DNA from: a candidate division WOR-3 bacterium
Lineage (GTDB): Bacteria; Hydrothermota; Tepidihabitantia; SM23-42; JAOAFX01
Reading direction: 5' to 3'
Assembly: GCA_039802265.1 (NCBI GenBank)
Contig: JBDRWI010000031.1
Coordinates: 1 to 27,569 of the forward strand
Length of the DNA stretch: 27,569 bases
Part shown: in pieces, positions 17,354 to 25,532 of the stretch
Layout: the number at the start of each line of letters is the position of its first letter
How positions within the stretch are numbered: position 1 is the stretch's first letter
The notes under the pieces: model-generated
The model's input: the letters and a program-made list of their open reading frames with translations, nothing else
Database searches by the model: none
Told to the model about the DNA's origin: nothing
Program-made: the position numbers and the translations under genes

Positions 17354-19447
17354 TTATTCAACACTCAGAATCTTAAATTCTATCCGGCGATTTTGGTCGC
17401 GCCCGGATTTTGTCCGGTTATCGGCGATGGGTTGAGATTCGCCATATCCACGGACTTCCAGTCGTGATGGATCAATGTTATGATACCGAACCAGATAATC
17501 CTTTACCGCATTTGCCCGCTGATAAGAGAGTTTCATATTATAAGAATCCGAACCAATGCTATCAGTATGGCCGCCAATCTCCACCCTCATCTTTGGCTTG
17601 GCAAGCAATACCTTTGCGGCATCATCAAGAACTGGATATGACTCGGGTTTAATCACTGCCGAATTAAAGTCAAAGTATATTCCACGCAAGATTATTCGTT
17701 CACCAACCTTGGGTACCTTGCGCAGGGTGAAGTTTTGAATCTTTGTCTCATCCTTCTTTAATACAATCGGTGCAGTTTCGGTGATATAATCCTGGGCTTC
17801 AACCTTTACCACATAGGTACCAGCGCTAACTGTCACCTTGTAGATTCCGGTCGCTGGGTCGGTGCTGGTTGCGGGGATCTTTGAGTCCACAAAGGTTATC
17901 TGTGCCAGAATTGGTTTTCCATCATCAACATCAGAGACCTTTCCCATCAGTGTTGCCTGTTCAAGGCTTATCTTTGCAAGTCCAACATCCAAGACTTTTG
18001 TATCGCCTTCCTGCAGTGTTACTACCTTTTCATCAAATTGATAACCGGTCGCCTCAATATGAAGTCGGTAGGTGCCGGGAGAAAGGGTAACTGAATACAT
18101 CCCTGATGTATCGGAACTCACTGCTGGTAGTGCAGTCTGGGGAAAGGTAATGTTTGCGACGATGGGTAGTTTGGTTTCTATGTCATAGATTTTGCCAATG
18201 ACCTTGGCGATTTCTTTCTTGTTGAGATTAAAGTCAAGAATAATCTGGTCACCATCTTTTAAAACCACCCCCTGTTCCTTCCAGCGGTAACCTTCAGCCT
18301 CCACATGGATACGGAAATTACCCGGAGAAAAGGAAGTCTCATAGGTTCCATCTGTCGCTGTCTGAATTGCCTCTTTATCCGAACCAGGGAAGGAGATTGT
18401 AGCAACAATTGGCTCACCGGTCTTGGCATCATAAACCCTTCCTGAGACCTTGGCAATCGGGATATGAACTTCAACCTTCTTAATCAAATCCGCACCACCA
18501 GAAAAGTTAAAGAATGCCTTCCACCAATAATCGGGTTTATCCCAGGTATAGGGTTTTCTCGCCGGATTGATGAGCGAGACCTCACAACCGAGGTCAAAAC
18601 TGACGCTCTTTGCCCCAAAGCGCAGTCCCGGGGTGATCCAGAGGGACTCCTCCTTGGCATCAAAGTCGTAATAGCCATACAACTCACAGAGAATCCTTAC
18701 CTCTTCTGAAGGAATCAACTCCACACCGCCACCGTGGATGATATAATTCGGCCGCTGCTTGAAGTCACGGGAGTCAACATAGCCAGGGTCATGGTCTGGA
18801 CCGGTAACCATCCAGCCACAGTTGAGATGGGTGGCAAAAGGTCCAACCCTGAAGTCAAACAATCCGCTTGTGGCATAGTCAGGGTCATGAGGGATATAGG
18901 GAGGGAAGTGTGGCGCAACTGGTGTGGCACCGGCATCAGTGAATGAATCCGAATAAAACCTCTGGTCAAACTCTCTTTTGTCAGAGGGTAGTGCCGGACC
19001 CCAGTTTATATGTCCCTCAATGCCCAGTGCATAGGTAATTGGTGTATTCTTGTCCACAACAAACCCATAGCCTGCCTTACCACCAATTTCAATCGTCTCA
19101 AAACCCCAGGGTGGGTCAGGGTCACCCCGCTTAATCGGGTAGTTATTCATCTCAAACCATTTTAAGAAACCGGTTACCCGAACCCTTGCCTCAAGGTAGT
19201 CAATTATTGAATATGATAATCCGCTTGATAGGGTGAAGAAGTGCTTCCGGTCAGTAGTGGGAGTCCCGGCCTGAGTGGTCGTCAACTCCTCAAATCGCTC
19301 TGCTGGTGACAGATGGAAAGAGAGCATACCCATATTATGAGGTTGGGCATACTGGAGTTTAAACATCCCCCGATTTCCATAGACAGATATCTCTTGAGTA
19401 AAACCCAGTAGTGTTAATGAGAATAATAAGAATAGCGGCTTTTTCAT
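17354..19447 (-). CDS. OmpA-family protein: signal peptide, probable beta-barrel region, three carboxypeptidase-regulatory-like repeats, OmpA_C domain
   Basis: SD AGGAGG before ATG 19447; three repeats (G.V.D..TG.PI.A.I.F) at ~17718-18454; IYFDF..., GHTD..G, N..LS..RA..V, G.GE..P, NRRIE. Confidence 0.9.
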   Translation of the reverse strand: MKKPLFLLFSLTLLGFTQEISVYGNRGMFKLQYAQPHNMGMLSFHLSPAERFEELTTTQAGTPTTDRKHFFTLSSGLSYSIIDYLEARVRVTGFLKWFEMNNYPIKRGDPDPPWGFETIEIGGKAGYGFVVDKNTPITYALGIEGHINWGPALPSDKREFDQRFYSDSFTDAGATPVAPHFPPYIPHDPDYATSGLFDFRVGPFATHLNCGWMVTGPDHDPGYVDSRDFKQRPNYIIHGGGVELIPSEEVRILCELYGYYDFDAKEESLWITPGLRFGAKSVSFDLGCEVSLINPARKPYTWDKPDYWWKAFFNFSGGADLIKKVEVHIPIAKVSGRVYDAKTGEPIVATISFPGSDKEAIQTATDGTYETSFSPGNFRIHVEAEGYRWKEQGVVLKDGDQIILDFNLNKKEIAKVIGKIYDIETKLPIVANITFPQTALPAVSSDTSGMYSVTLSPGTYRLHIEATGYQFDEKVVTLQEGDTKVLDVGLAKISLEQATLMGKVSDVDDGKPILAQITFVDSKIPATSTDPATGIYKVTVSAGTYVVKVEAQDYITETAPIVLKKDETKIQNFTLRKVPKVGERIILRGIYFDFNSAVIKPESYPVLDDAAKVLLAKPKMRVEIGGHTDSIGSDSYNMKLSYQRANAVKDYLVRYHNIDPSRLEVRGYGESQPIADNRTKSGRDQNRRIEFKILSVE

Positions 19448-19571
19448 AATACCTCCTGCTCTTAATTGAACCAAAGATTAAGGTGGAAATGCTGGTAAGA
19501 TTTAAAAAATTGCTGTTTAGCTAAGATAAACCAGCTTCTCAACCCTAACCCCATTTACTATTTTTGTACTT

Positions 19572-19643
19572 TGGCCCCAACGGGAGTCGAACCCGTATCT
19601 TCACCTTGAAAGAGTGATGTCCTAACCACTAGACGATGGGGCC
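19572..19643 (-). tRNA. tRNA-Glu (UUC)
   Basis: GGCCCCA/TGGGGCC acceptor stem, anticodon arm TCACT-CTTTCAA-GGTGA, T-loop GGTTCGAC. CCA not encoded. Confidence 0.97.
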
Positions 19644-20137
19644 TTATGGGTCAAAATATAAAGATTCCTGAATGATTCGTTATCAACTATTGCCCGGTTA
19701 ATCAGGAAATAGTTTTCCAGGTTTGCGTTCGTTGCCATTATCCGGTTTGAAAGGTCCTCACCCATTGCCAGCAAGAACTTTGCTGCCACCTTTGGATTTT
19801 CATTTACTATTTCCATAAATTGATTCTTCTTTAAGACCAGAAGCCGGCAATCGGTCTTTGCCTTTACCGTTGCGGAGCGAGGTTTGTCCGTAAGCAGGGA
19901 CATCTCGCCAAAGAATGAAGACTCACCGAGTTCCGATAAGATAAGTATTAAATCACCACGTGTCAAAAAGACCTCTACCTTTCCGGATTCAATGATATAC
20001 ATCTCATCGCCAACCGTGCCTTCTTTGATTATTACCGTATCTTTGGCTATATCCCTTGGCTCCCACCGCGCGCGCATCCAGTCAATCTCCTGCGGCGAAA
20101 GATATTTAAATAAAAGGACACCCTTTAAGTCCTTCAT
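19622..20137 (-). CDS. Stand-alone cyclic-nucleotide-binding domain protein (no HTH)
   Basis: IIKEG..GDEMYII.SG.V and phosphate-binding cassette FFGEMSLL...PRSATV. Confidence 0.9.
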   Translation of the reverse strand: MKDLKGVLLFKYLSPQEIDWMRARWEPRDIAKDTVIIKEGTVGDEMYIIESGKVEVFLTRGDLILILSELGESSFFGEMSLLTDKPRSATVKAKTDCRLLVLKKNQFMEIVNENPKVAAKFLLAMGEDLSNRIMATNANLENYFLINRAIVDNESFRNLYILTHKAPSSSG

Positions 20138-20144
20138 ACCTTAC

Positions 20145-20172
20145 ATTCTACGCAAATTTTGTTAAATGTCAA
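20145..20172 (-). promoter_or_regulatory. sigma70-like promoter, probably leaderless
   Basis: TTGACA-16 bp-TAGAAT, 7 nt before ATG 20137. Confidence 0.8.
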
Positions 20173-20180
20173 GCATTAAG

Positions 20181-21697
20181 TGCAAACGTAAAGGGACCTT
20201 GTTATCACTGTAAGAAAGAACTTAAAAAAATACTTGAAATAATAGGCCTCCCGGCTAATATTAAAGAGTTAACAAAACTTACTAAATACAGGGAGGCCTT
20301 ATGGAAATAAATAGACTAAATTATTATAATCGTTGCTTTAAAGAAAATCAAGTAGTAAATTGCACTCTTAAGATATCTAAGAATGTGAGAGTGCAAAATT
20401 GCAGGATAGATAGATATAGTCCTCAGGTAGTGAAGAAAAGTTTAAAAAGCTGCGGCTTGAAAAAATCCTTAAAAATGCGCATTCGGATCCGCCAGAGGTA
20501 TGAAATATTTGCCTGCTCTTTGAAAGGCGTTTATAATGCATTTAATAAAGCGATAGAGCCATTTTTAAAAATCATCCTGGAGGTGCAAAATGGTTAGTTT
20601 AGAATATAGCCAGGTTTTAAAGTTAGACCCAATGTTAGCCCACCAGAAGATTGTGCATTGTTATTTTTATCAGGCTCACCGGAATATCACTAAGACGGCT
20701 CGGTTGATTGGTGTTTCACGGCCTACGGTCTCCAAATGGCTTAAGCGGTTCTTTCTGGAGGGTGGGGAGGGTTTAAAGAATCGTTCTTCTCGTCCCCATT
20801 ATTCACCGAATAAGACCCCGGAGCATGTTGAGCGTTTGGTTTTAGAGATTTTTCAGAAGACTAATTATGGTTTTCGGCGGATTGCCCGGGATTTGAAGCG
20901 GTATTATGGCATTAAGCTTTCCCATGCTACGGTGGGCGCAATTTTGAAAAGGCATAATAGATATAAGCCGCGGATAAAGCTTACGATTCGGCGGACGGGT
21001 CGGCGCTATTACAATCCCTTAGATTTTAGGCCTTTTGCATTTTTCCAGGTGGATGTGAAGGAGATCAAGGATGGTGATACTCTGCCGGCTGAGGTTTATG
21101 TCCATTTTGGTGAATTGGCTAAGAAGAATGTGCCGATGTATCAGTTTACGGCGATTGATGTGCGTACTCGGATAAGGTTTATTGCTTATGGTCAAGAGAA
21201 GAGTTTTGCTAATGGCTGGGCATTTATTGTCTTAGTGGTTTTATGGGTGCGGTCGTTTGGCATTAAAGGGCGTATTGTGTTGCAGAGTGATTGGGGTGAT
21301 GAGTGGGGTGGTGATGAGGGTAAGAAGATCGAGTGGATGAATCGGTGTTTGGGGTCTCTGGATGCGGAAATCACGCGGATTCAGAAGGGTCGTAAGGAGC
21401 AGAATGGTTATGTGGAGCGGAGTCACCGGACCGATGATGAGGAGTTATACATTCCCTTTGGGCTTGAGATGAAAGATATCAATTCCCTATTTTTGATTGC
21501 TTACAGTTGGATAAAATACTACAATACCCAGCGGAGACATATGGGAGATAACCTTGACAACAAGACACCCCTTGAGTATGCTAAAGAGATTATGCCTGAA
21601 TTAAATCCCAATATTGCGCTATTCCCACCAGTACTATTGGATAACCTAACTACAAGTTCTTACTGGAGAACTGTAAATAAGGTCCCCAGACATTACA
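20181..21697 (+). mobile_element. IS481-family insertion sequence (~1.5 kb)
   Basis: Imperfect terminal IRs TGCAAACGTAAAGGGACCTTGTTATCA and (reverse complement) TGTAATGTCTGGGGACCTTATTTACA; TAAG direct repeat at 20177-20180 and 21698-21701; DDE transposase inside. Confidence 0.8.
20301..20597 (+). CDS. Small basic hypothetical ORF inside the IS, upstream of the transposase
   Basis: SD GGGAGG; 98 codons; stop overlaps the transposase start region; no recognisable family. Confidence 0.45.
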   Translation: MEINRLNYYNRCFKENQVVNCTLKISKNVRVQNCRIDRYSPQVVKKSLKSCGLKKSLKMRIRIRQRYEIFACSLKGVYNAFNKAIEPFLKIILEVQNG

Positions 21698-21804
21698 TAA
21701 GAATGGAAGTCAGGTTTTTGGATTATTCAATTATAAATCCGGAGGGTAGTTCTTCAATGGCCTCTCCTTCCTTACGCCACCGGATTTTTTCTTCGGTAAT
21801 GTAA
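20590..21804 (+). CDS. IS481-family DDE transposase (HTH + integrase core)
   Basis: N-terminal HTH (TARLIGVSRPTVSKW..R), SSRPH.SP, FQVD, QSDWG.EW, NGYVER.HRT, YN..R.H; SD GGAGG. The last ~35 aa are encoded outside the element. Confidence 0.92.
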   Translation: MVSLEYSQVLKLDPMLAHQKIVHCYFYQAHRNITKTARLIGVSRPTVSKWLKRFFLEGGEGLKNRSSRPHYSPNKTPEHVERLVLEIFQKTNYGFRRIARDLKRYYGIKLSHATVGAILKRHNRYKPRIKLTIRRTGRRYYNPLDFRPFAFFQVDVKEIKDGDTLPAEVYVHFGELAKKNVPMYQFTAIDVRTRIRFIAYGQEKSFANGWAFIVLVVLWVRSFGIKGRIVLQSDWGDEWGGDEGKKIEWMNRCLGSLDAEITRIQKGRKEQNGYVERSHRTDDEELYIPFGLEMKDINSLFLIAYSWIKYYNTQRRHMGDNLDNKTPLEYAKEIMPELNPNIALFPPVLLDNLTTSSYWRTVNKVPRHYIRMEVRFLDYSIINPEGSSSMASPSLRHRIFSSVM

Positions 21805-23147
21805 GAACCACTCTTTTTCCGCTCTTGATTGTATGCGAAGACCTTGATTGCTGATTCACCATCAACCGGGCAGCTGTGTTCACACAGACCACAGCCGGTG
21901 CAGATTTTTTCATCTACATATGGCCGGGACAGGGTAATGTTGTTCAAGGTCTCACTGAACATCCTGATTGCATTATAAGGACAGACCTCATCACAGATTA
22001 GACAGACTTTGTCTTCTTCCCAGGCAATACACCGGGAACGGTCAATAATAGCAAGTCCAATAATGACAAATGTCTTTTCGGCCAGGGGTAGATTTCTAAT
22101 TGCCGATGTTGGGCAGACCTGACCGCAGCGATTACAGTACCTTTCACAACCACCAATTCTGGGAACAAGTCTTGGTGTCCATAAACCATTTATCCCTGCC
22201 TCAAGAAAACAGGGCTGGAGCCCATGTGTCGGGCAAACACCAATGCATCTACCACAGCGAATACAGGTATTCAAAAAATCAATTTCCGGAATGGAACCAG
22301 GTGGTCTGATGAGTCGCTTATTGTTTTTATATAGATTGCCCTTTATGATTTGGGTTCCAATCAGCGCACCGGCAGTGGCAATAAAAAAACTTCTTCTTTC
22401 AATCTGAAATGGTGCACCGGTAAAACCGATCCTATATTTTATTATCCCTTCCGGACATTCATATTTACAGCGCAGACAAAGAATACAGTTACTGAAGTCC
22501 ATCAGGCGGTCTTTTGCTTTTATGGCGCCGGTCGGACAGAGATTGTTGCAGAATTCACATCTTCTACATCCAGCAGCAAGGAAAAGTTTGAAAAATGAAA
22601 AATGGGAAAGAATTGACAGAATACCACCCAGGGCACAGATGTGCCGGCACCAGAATCTTTCGTTCAATAGATTTGCCAATAAAATTAAAACCAATACTAT
22701 TAATACAACAGGATGGAATGAATTAAAGACTCGCTCAAAGATAATCAATGGGTCAAAGTGATAAGCCAATGAGATACCAAATAAACCGGCAATAAAAAGA
22801 AAAAGCAGAACTAAAAACTTTGTATGCGGGGATAAAATCAATTTTCTTTCTTTTCTTATATGAGAAATTAATGTATCCTCACCTATATCAATCAATGTCC
22901 CTAAAGGACAGATAAAACCACAGAAGAATCTACCAAAAATGATTGTCAGTACCAGTAAAAAAAGCGAAAGAAGTGATATATTGATTAAATTGCGTAAGGC
23001 AAGGCTGTTAATGAACAATATCAAAGGGTCAATGCGGAAGATAAAATCCTTCGGGTTTTCCGTTAATTTCATAATATAAAGAAAAAAAGCAAAAAAAACT
23101 ATTTGGATTAGCCGACGGATATTACGATGGACAAAATGCCTTTTCAC
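21723..23147 (-). CDS. Membrane polyferredoxin (NapH/MauN-like fused to NapG/MauM-like 4Fe-4S domains)
   Basis: GRFFCGFICPLG, RFWCRHICALG, several CxxCxxCxxxCP motifs, IRPPG. Confidence 0.9.
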   Translation of the reverse strand: MKRHFVHRNIRRLIQIVFFAFFLYIMKLTENPKDFIFRIDPLILFINSLALRNLINISLLSLFLLVLTIIFGRFFCGFICPLGTLIDIGEDTLISHIRKERKLILSPHTKFLVLLFLFIAGLFGISLAYHFDPLIIFERVFNSFHPVVLIVLVLILLANLLNERFWCRHICALGGILSILSHFSFFKLFLAAGCRRCEFCNNLCPTGAIKAKDRLMDFSNCILCLRCKYECPEGIIKYRIGFTGAPFQIERRSFFIATAGALIGTQIIKGNLYKNNKRLIRPPGSIPEIDFLNTCIRCGRCIGVCPTHGLQPCFLEAGINGLWTPRLVPRIGGCERYCNRCGQVCPTSAIRNLPLAEKTFVIIGLAIIDRSRCIAWEEDKVCLICDEVCPYNAIRMFSETLNNITLSRPYVDEKICTGCGLCEHSCPVDGESAIKVFAYNQERKKSGSYITEEKIRWRKEGEAIEELPSGFIIE

Positions 23148-23153
23148 AAGGAT

Positions 23154-24077
23154 TTATACCACAACTTCTTTTATGATCATCCTCTTGGTATCTATTTCTC
23201 CCAATCCAAGTTTGTTTGCAGAAATGAGGTGTTTTACATTATATCCACTGAAGGATTTGCCATACCACCGGGCAAGCCCGACCGTGCAGGAGTCAACCGC
23301 AACCGGGTCAACTCCGGCAACCACCGTGTTTAATATTACCGTCTTACCCGGACCACCGGGTCCACCACTTATCAGTGCCCGTGTGGCATCGACGATCGTA
23401 AGATGGGGCTTGATTAAAAGAGACAACTCGGCAATTCCATTATCCAAGTCAAGTCGGTGGAGCAAATTGCGGTTTTTGATAAGCCCCATAAGATTCTTTA
23501 GTCCAAGACTTACTCCGGTAGCAGAATGGGATTTGGCGGTAGGTAGATTGATAATCTTATCACAGGTAAAAACCTTCCTGGCAACCTCAATTTTCTTTAG
23601 CACATTACCATCCGGGATTTCCATGGGAATGAATTCGTCCTTTCGATCAAGCATAATAATCTTTACCCTTTTTGAGTCAATGACTGCCTCACTGATGCGG
23701 CTTTTTTTAATGCATAGCTGGGCATTTGCCAGTGGATAATCTACAATCAAGACCTCCTTTGCTCCCGCATCAAGGCATAATTGAACTACCTGTTTTATTA
23801 TTTCGCTACTGGTAGTTGCTCCGTATTCAGGCTCGGCAGCAAAAGAGAGATTGGGTTTAATCAAGACCCGGTCATTTTGACTGACAAATTTTTTTATCCC
23901 GCCAAGTGCATCAATTACCGCCCCAACCAGTAATTTCTTCTCGCCCCGGGCAATACCAATGAGGGGTCCGGTTAAGTCTTCTTTAGCACTGAGGAAGACT
24001 TTTGGTAAAAATGTACTCGTGGCAAGGGCAATACTAATTTTAAAAAATTCCCTGCGGGAAATCTCTTTAATAGGCAA
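23154..24077 (-). CDS. DUF362 family protein with a Tat signal
   Basis: SRREFFK twin-arginine motif, VLIKPN, INLP..K.H, LKNLMG, DPVAVD. Confidence 0.88.
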   Translation of the reverse strand: MPIKEISRREFFKISIALATSTFLPKVFLSAKEDLTGPLIGIARGEKKLLVGAVIDALGGIKKFVSQNDRVLIKPNLSFAAEPEYGATTSSEIIKQVVQLCLDAGAKEVLIVDYPLANAQLCIKKSRISEAVIDSKRVKIIMLDRKDEFIPMEIPDGNVLKKIEVARKVFTCDKIINLPTAKSHSATGVSLGLKNLMGLIKNRNLLHRLDLDNGIAELSLLIKPHLTIVDATRALISGGPGGPGKTVILNTVVAGVDPVAVDSCTVGLARWYGKSFSGYNVKHLISANKLGLGEIDTKRMIIKEVVV

Positions 24078-25371
24078 CCCCCAATTTCCTTACCTTAGGA
24101 TTCTTCGATTTTATTGCATTCCTTGTATCAATAATCAGTCGGGCATTTTTTGTAATCAGGTCATAGTCTATGTTTGAATGGTCGGTTAGAATAAGAATTG
24201 CATCATAATTTTTGATTACCCGTTTGCTTAGTTTAATCGACCTAATCTCTCCATCATTTATTACAACCCGGGGAACATAAGGGTCATGGTATCTTACCCG
24301 GGCGACTTTCGGTTTGATTATCTCATATACCCTCAATGCCGGTGAGTGTCTCAAATCAGAGATGTCCTTTTTGAATGCCATCCCGAGCAAAAGAACCTTC
24401 GCCTTTTTCGGACATACACCCGATTTACTCAATTCTTCAATTGTTCTGTTTACTACAAAATATGGCATCTCCTCGTTAATGCGTGCCGATAGTTCAATAA
24501 AGACAGTGTGAAAATCGTATTCCCGCGCCTTGTAAGAGAGATAATACGGGTCAACAGGAATGCAATGCCCACCAACCCCGGGCCCCGGATAAAAGGGCAT
24601 AAAGCCAAATGGTTTGGTCTTGGCAGCGTCAATCACCTCCCATATATCAATATTACCCATTCTTTCGCATAACTGGGCAAATTCATTAACCAAGGCAATA
24701 TTAACATTTCTGAATGTATTCTCAAGCAATTTAGTCATCTCAGCAGCCCGGGCGGAGGAGACAGGATGGATTTTTTCCACAAACTGGCTGTAAAATAATT
24801 TTGAAATATTAGTACATTTCTTTGTAATACCCCCAATTACCACCGGGGTATTGGCTACCCCAAATTTCTTATTTCCCGGGTCAATCCTCTCTGGACAGAA
24901 TGAAAGATAAAAATCCCTTCCCACCTTCAAACCGGTCTCTCGAAGTATTGGCAATACTACTTTTTCCGTAGTCTCAGGAAATGTTGTACTTTTGAGTATA
25001 ATTAGCTGACCCCTGTGTAAAATTTTCTTTATGCCGATGGTACTATCTATTATCGGCTTTAGGTCAGGTTCCTTGTTAATATTCACCGGAGTCGGAACAC
25101 AGATGATAATTATGTCACAGGTCTTTAATTTGCGATAATCAACAGTTGCCTGCAATTTCTTACTTTTTATATATTTAGTGAGTTCCAGCGAAGAAACGTC
25201 GTCGATATAGGAACTACCCCGATTTATACTCAAGACGCGCTTTTTATCAACATCAACGCCCAAAACCTCAAATCCTGCTTTTAAGACCTCAATGGCAAGG
25301 GGGAGGCCAACATAACCGAGCCCAATTATCCCCACCTTTGCCCTTCTATTTTTAATTAAATGCTCAAGCAT
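24067..25371 (-). CDS. Nucleotide-sugar (UDP-GlcNAc-type, WbpA-like) 6-dehydrogenase
   Basis: GLGYVGLP, CVPTP, PERIDPGN, KLLENTFR.VNIA, GGHCIP.DP. Confidence 0.92.
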   Translation of the reverse strand: MLEHLIKNRRAKVGIIGLGYVGLPLAIEVLKAGFEVLGVDVDKKRVLSINRGSSYIDDVSSLELTKYIKSKKLQATVDYRKLKTCDIIIICVPTPVNINKEPDLKPIIDSTIGIKKILHRGQLIILKSTTFPETTEKVVLPILRETGLKVGRDFYLSFCPERIDPGNKKFGVANTPVVIGGITKKCTNISKLFYSQFVEKIHPVSSARAAEMTKLLENTFRNVNIALVNEFAQLCERMGNIDIWEVIDAAKTKPFGFMPFYPGPGVGGHCIPVDPYYLSYKAREYDFHTVFIELSARINEEMPYFVVNRTIEELSKSGVCPKKAKVLLLGMAFKKDISDLRHSPALRVYEIIKPKVARVRYHDPYVPRVVINDGEIRSIKLSKRVIKNYDAILILTDHSNIDYDLITKNARLIIDTRNAIKSKNPKVRKLGVAY

Positions 25372-25395
25372 AACACTCCCTTTTGAATTTCCCCT

Positions 25396-25423
25396 ATTAT
25401 ATCTATTTTAATGATTTAATCAA
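25396..25423 (-). promoter_or_regulatory. sigma70-like promoter with a short SD-containing leader
   Basis: TTGATT-16 bp-TATAAT, then AAGGGAG before ATG 25371. Confidence 0.7.
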
Positions 25424-25496
25424 GCCTATTTAATCCTGATTCCTTCCTAATCAATTGGGAGAGAAAAGTAAAGAGGACTAAGTATTCAATCGGTCA

Positions 25497-25524
25497 TTGA
25501 TTTTTTAAAGAATGTGGTTATAAT
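25497..25524 (+). promoter_or_regulatory. sigma70-like promoter, near-leaderless
   Basis: TTGATT-16 bp-TATAAT, 8 nt before ATG 25533. Confidence 0.7.
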
Positions 25525-25532
25525 ATCCTGCT

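Noticed and set aside
14137..20137. CBASS/Pycsar-like defence system made of the cyclase, cNMP-binding protein and HEPN
   Set aside because: The genes are in separate transcription units, the cNMP protein has no effector domain, GGDEF products are not typical cNMP-domain ligands, and the HEPN lacks its catalytic motif.
20209..20230. TGTAAG at 20209 as the IS left end
   Set aside because: It lacks the GGGACCTT core shared with the right IR and has no flanking duplication; 20181 fits better, although it begins TGC.
23173..23739. 188-aa antisense ORF and the other short shadow ORFs in the track
   Set aside because: They lie within or opposite well-supported genes and show no family motifs.
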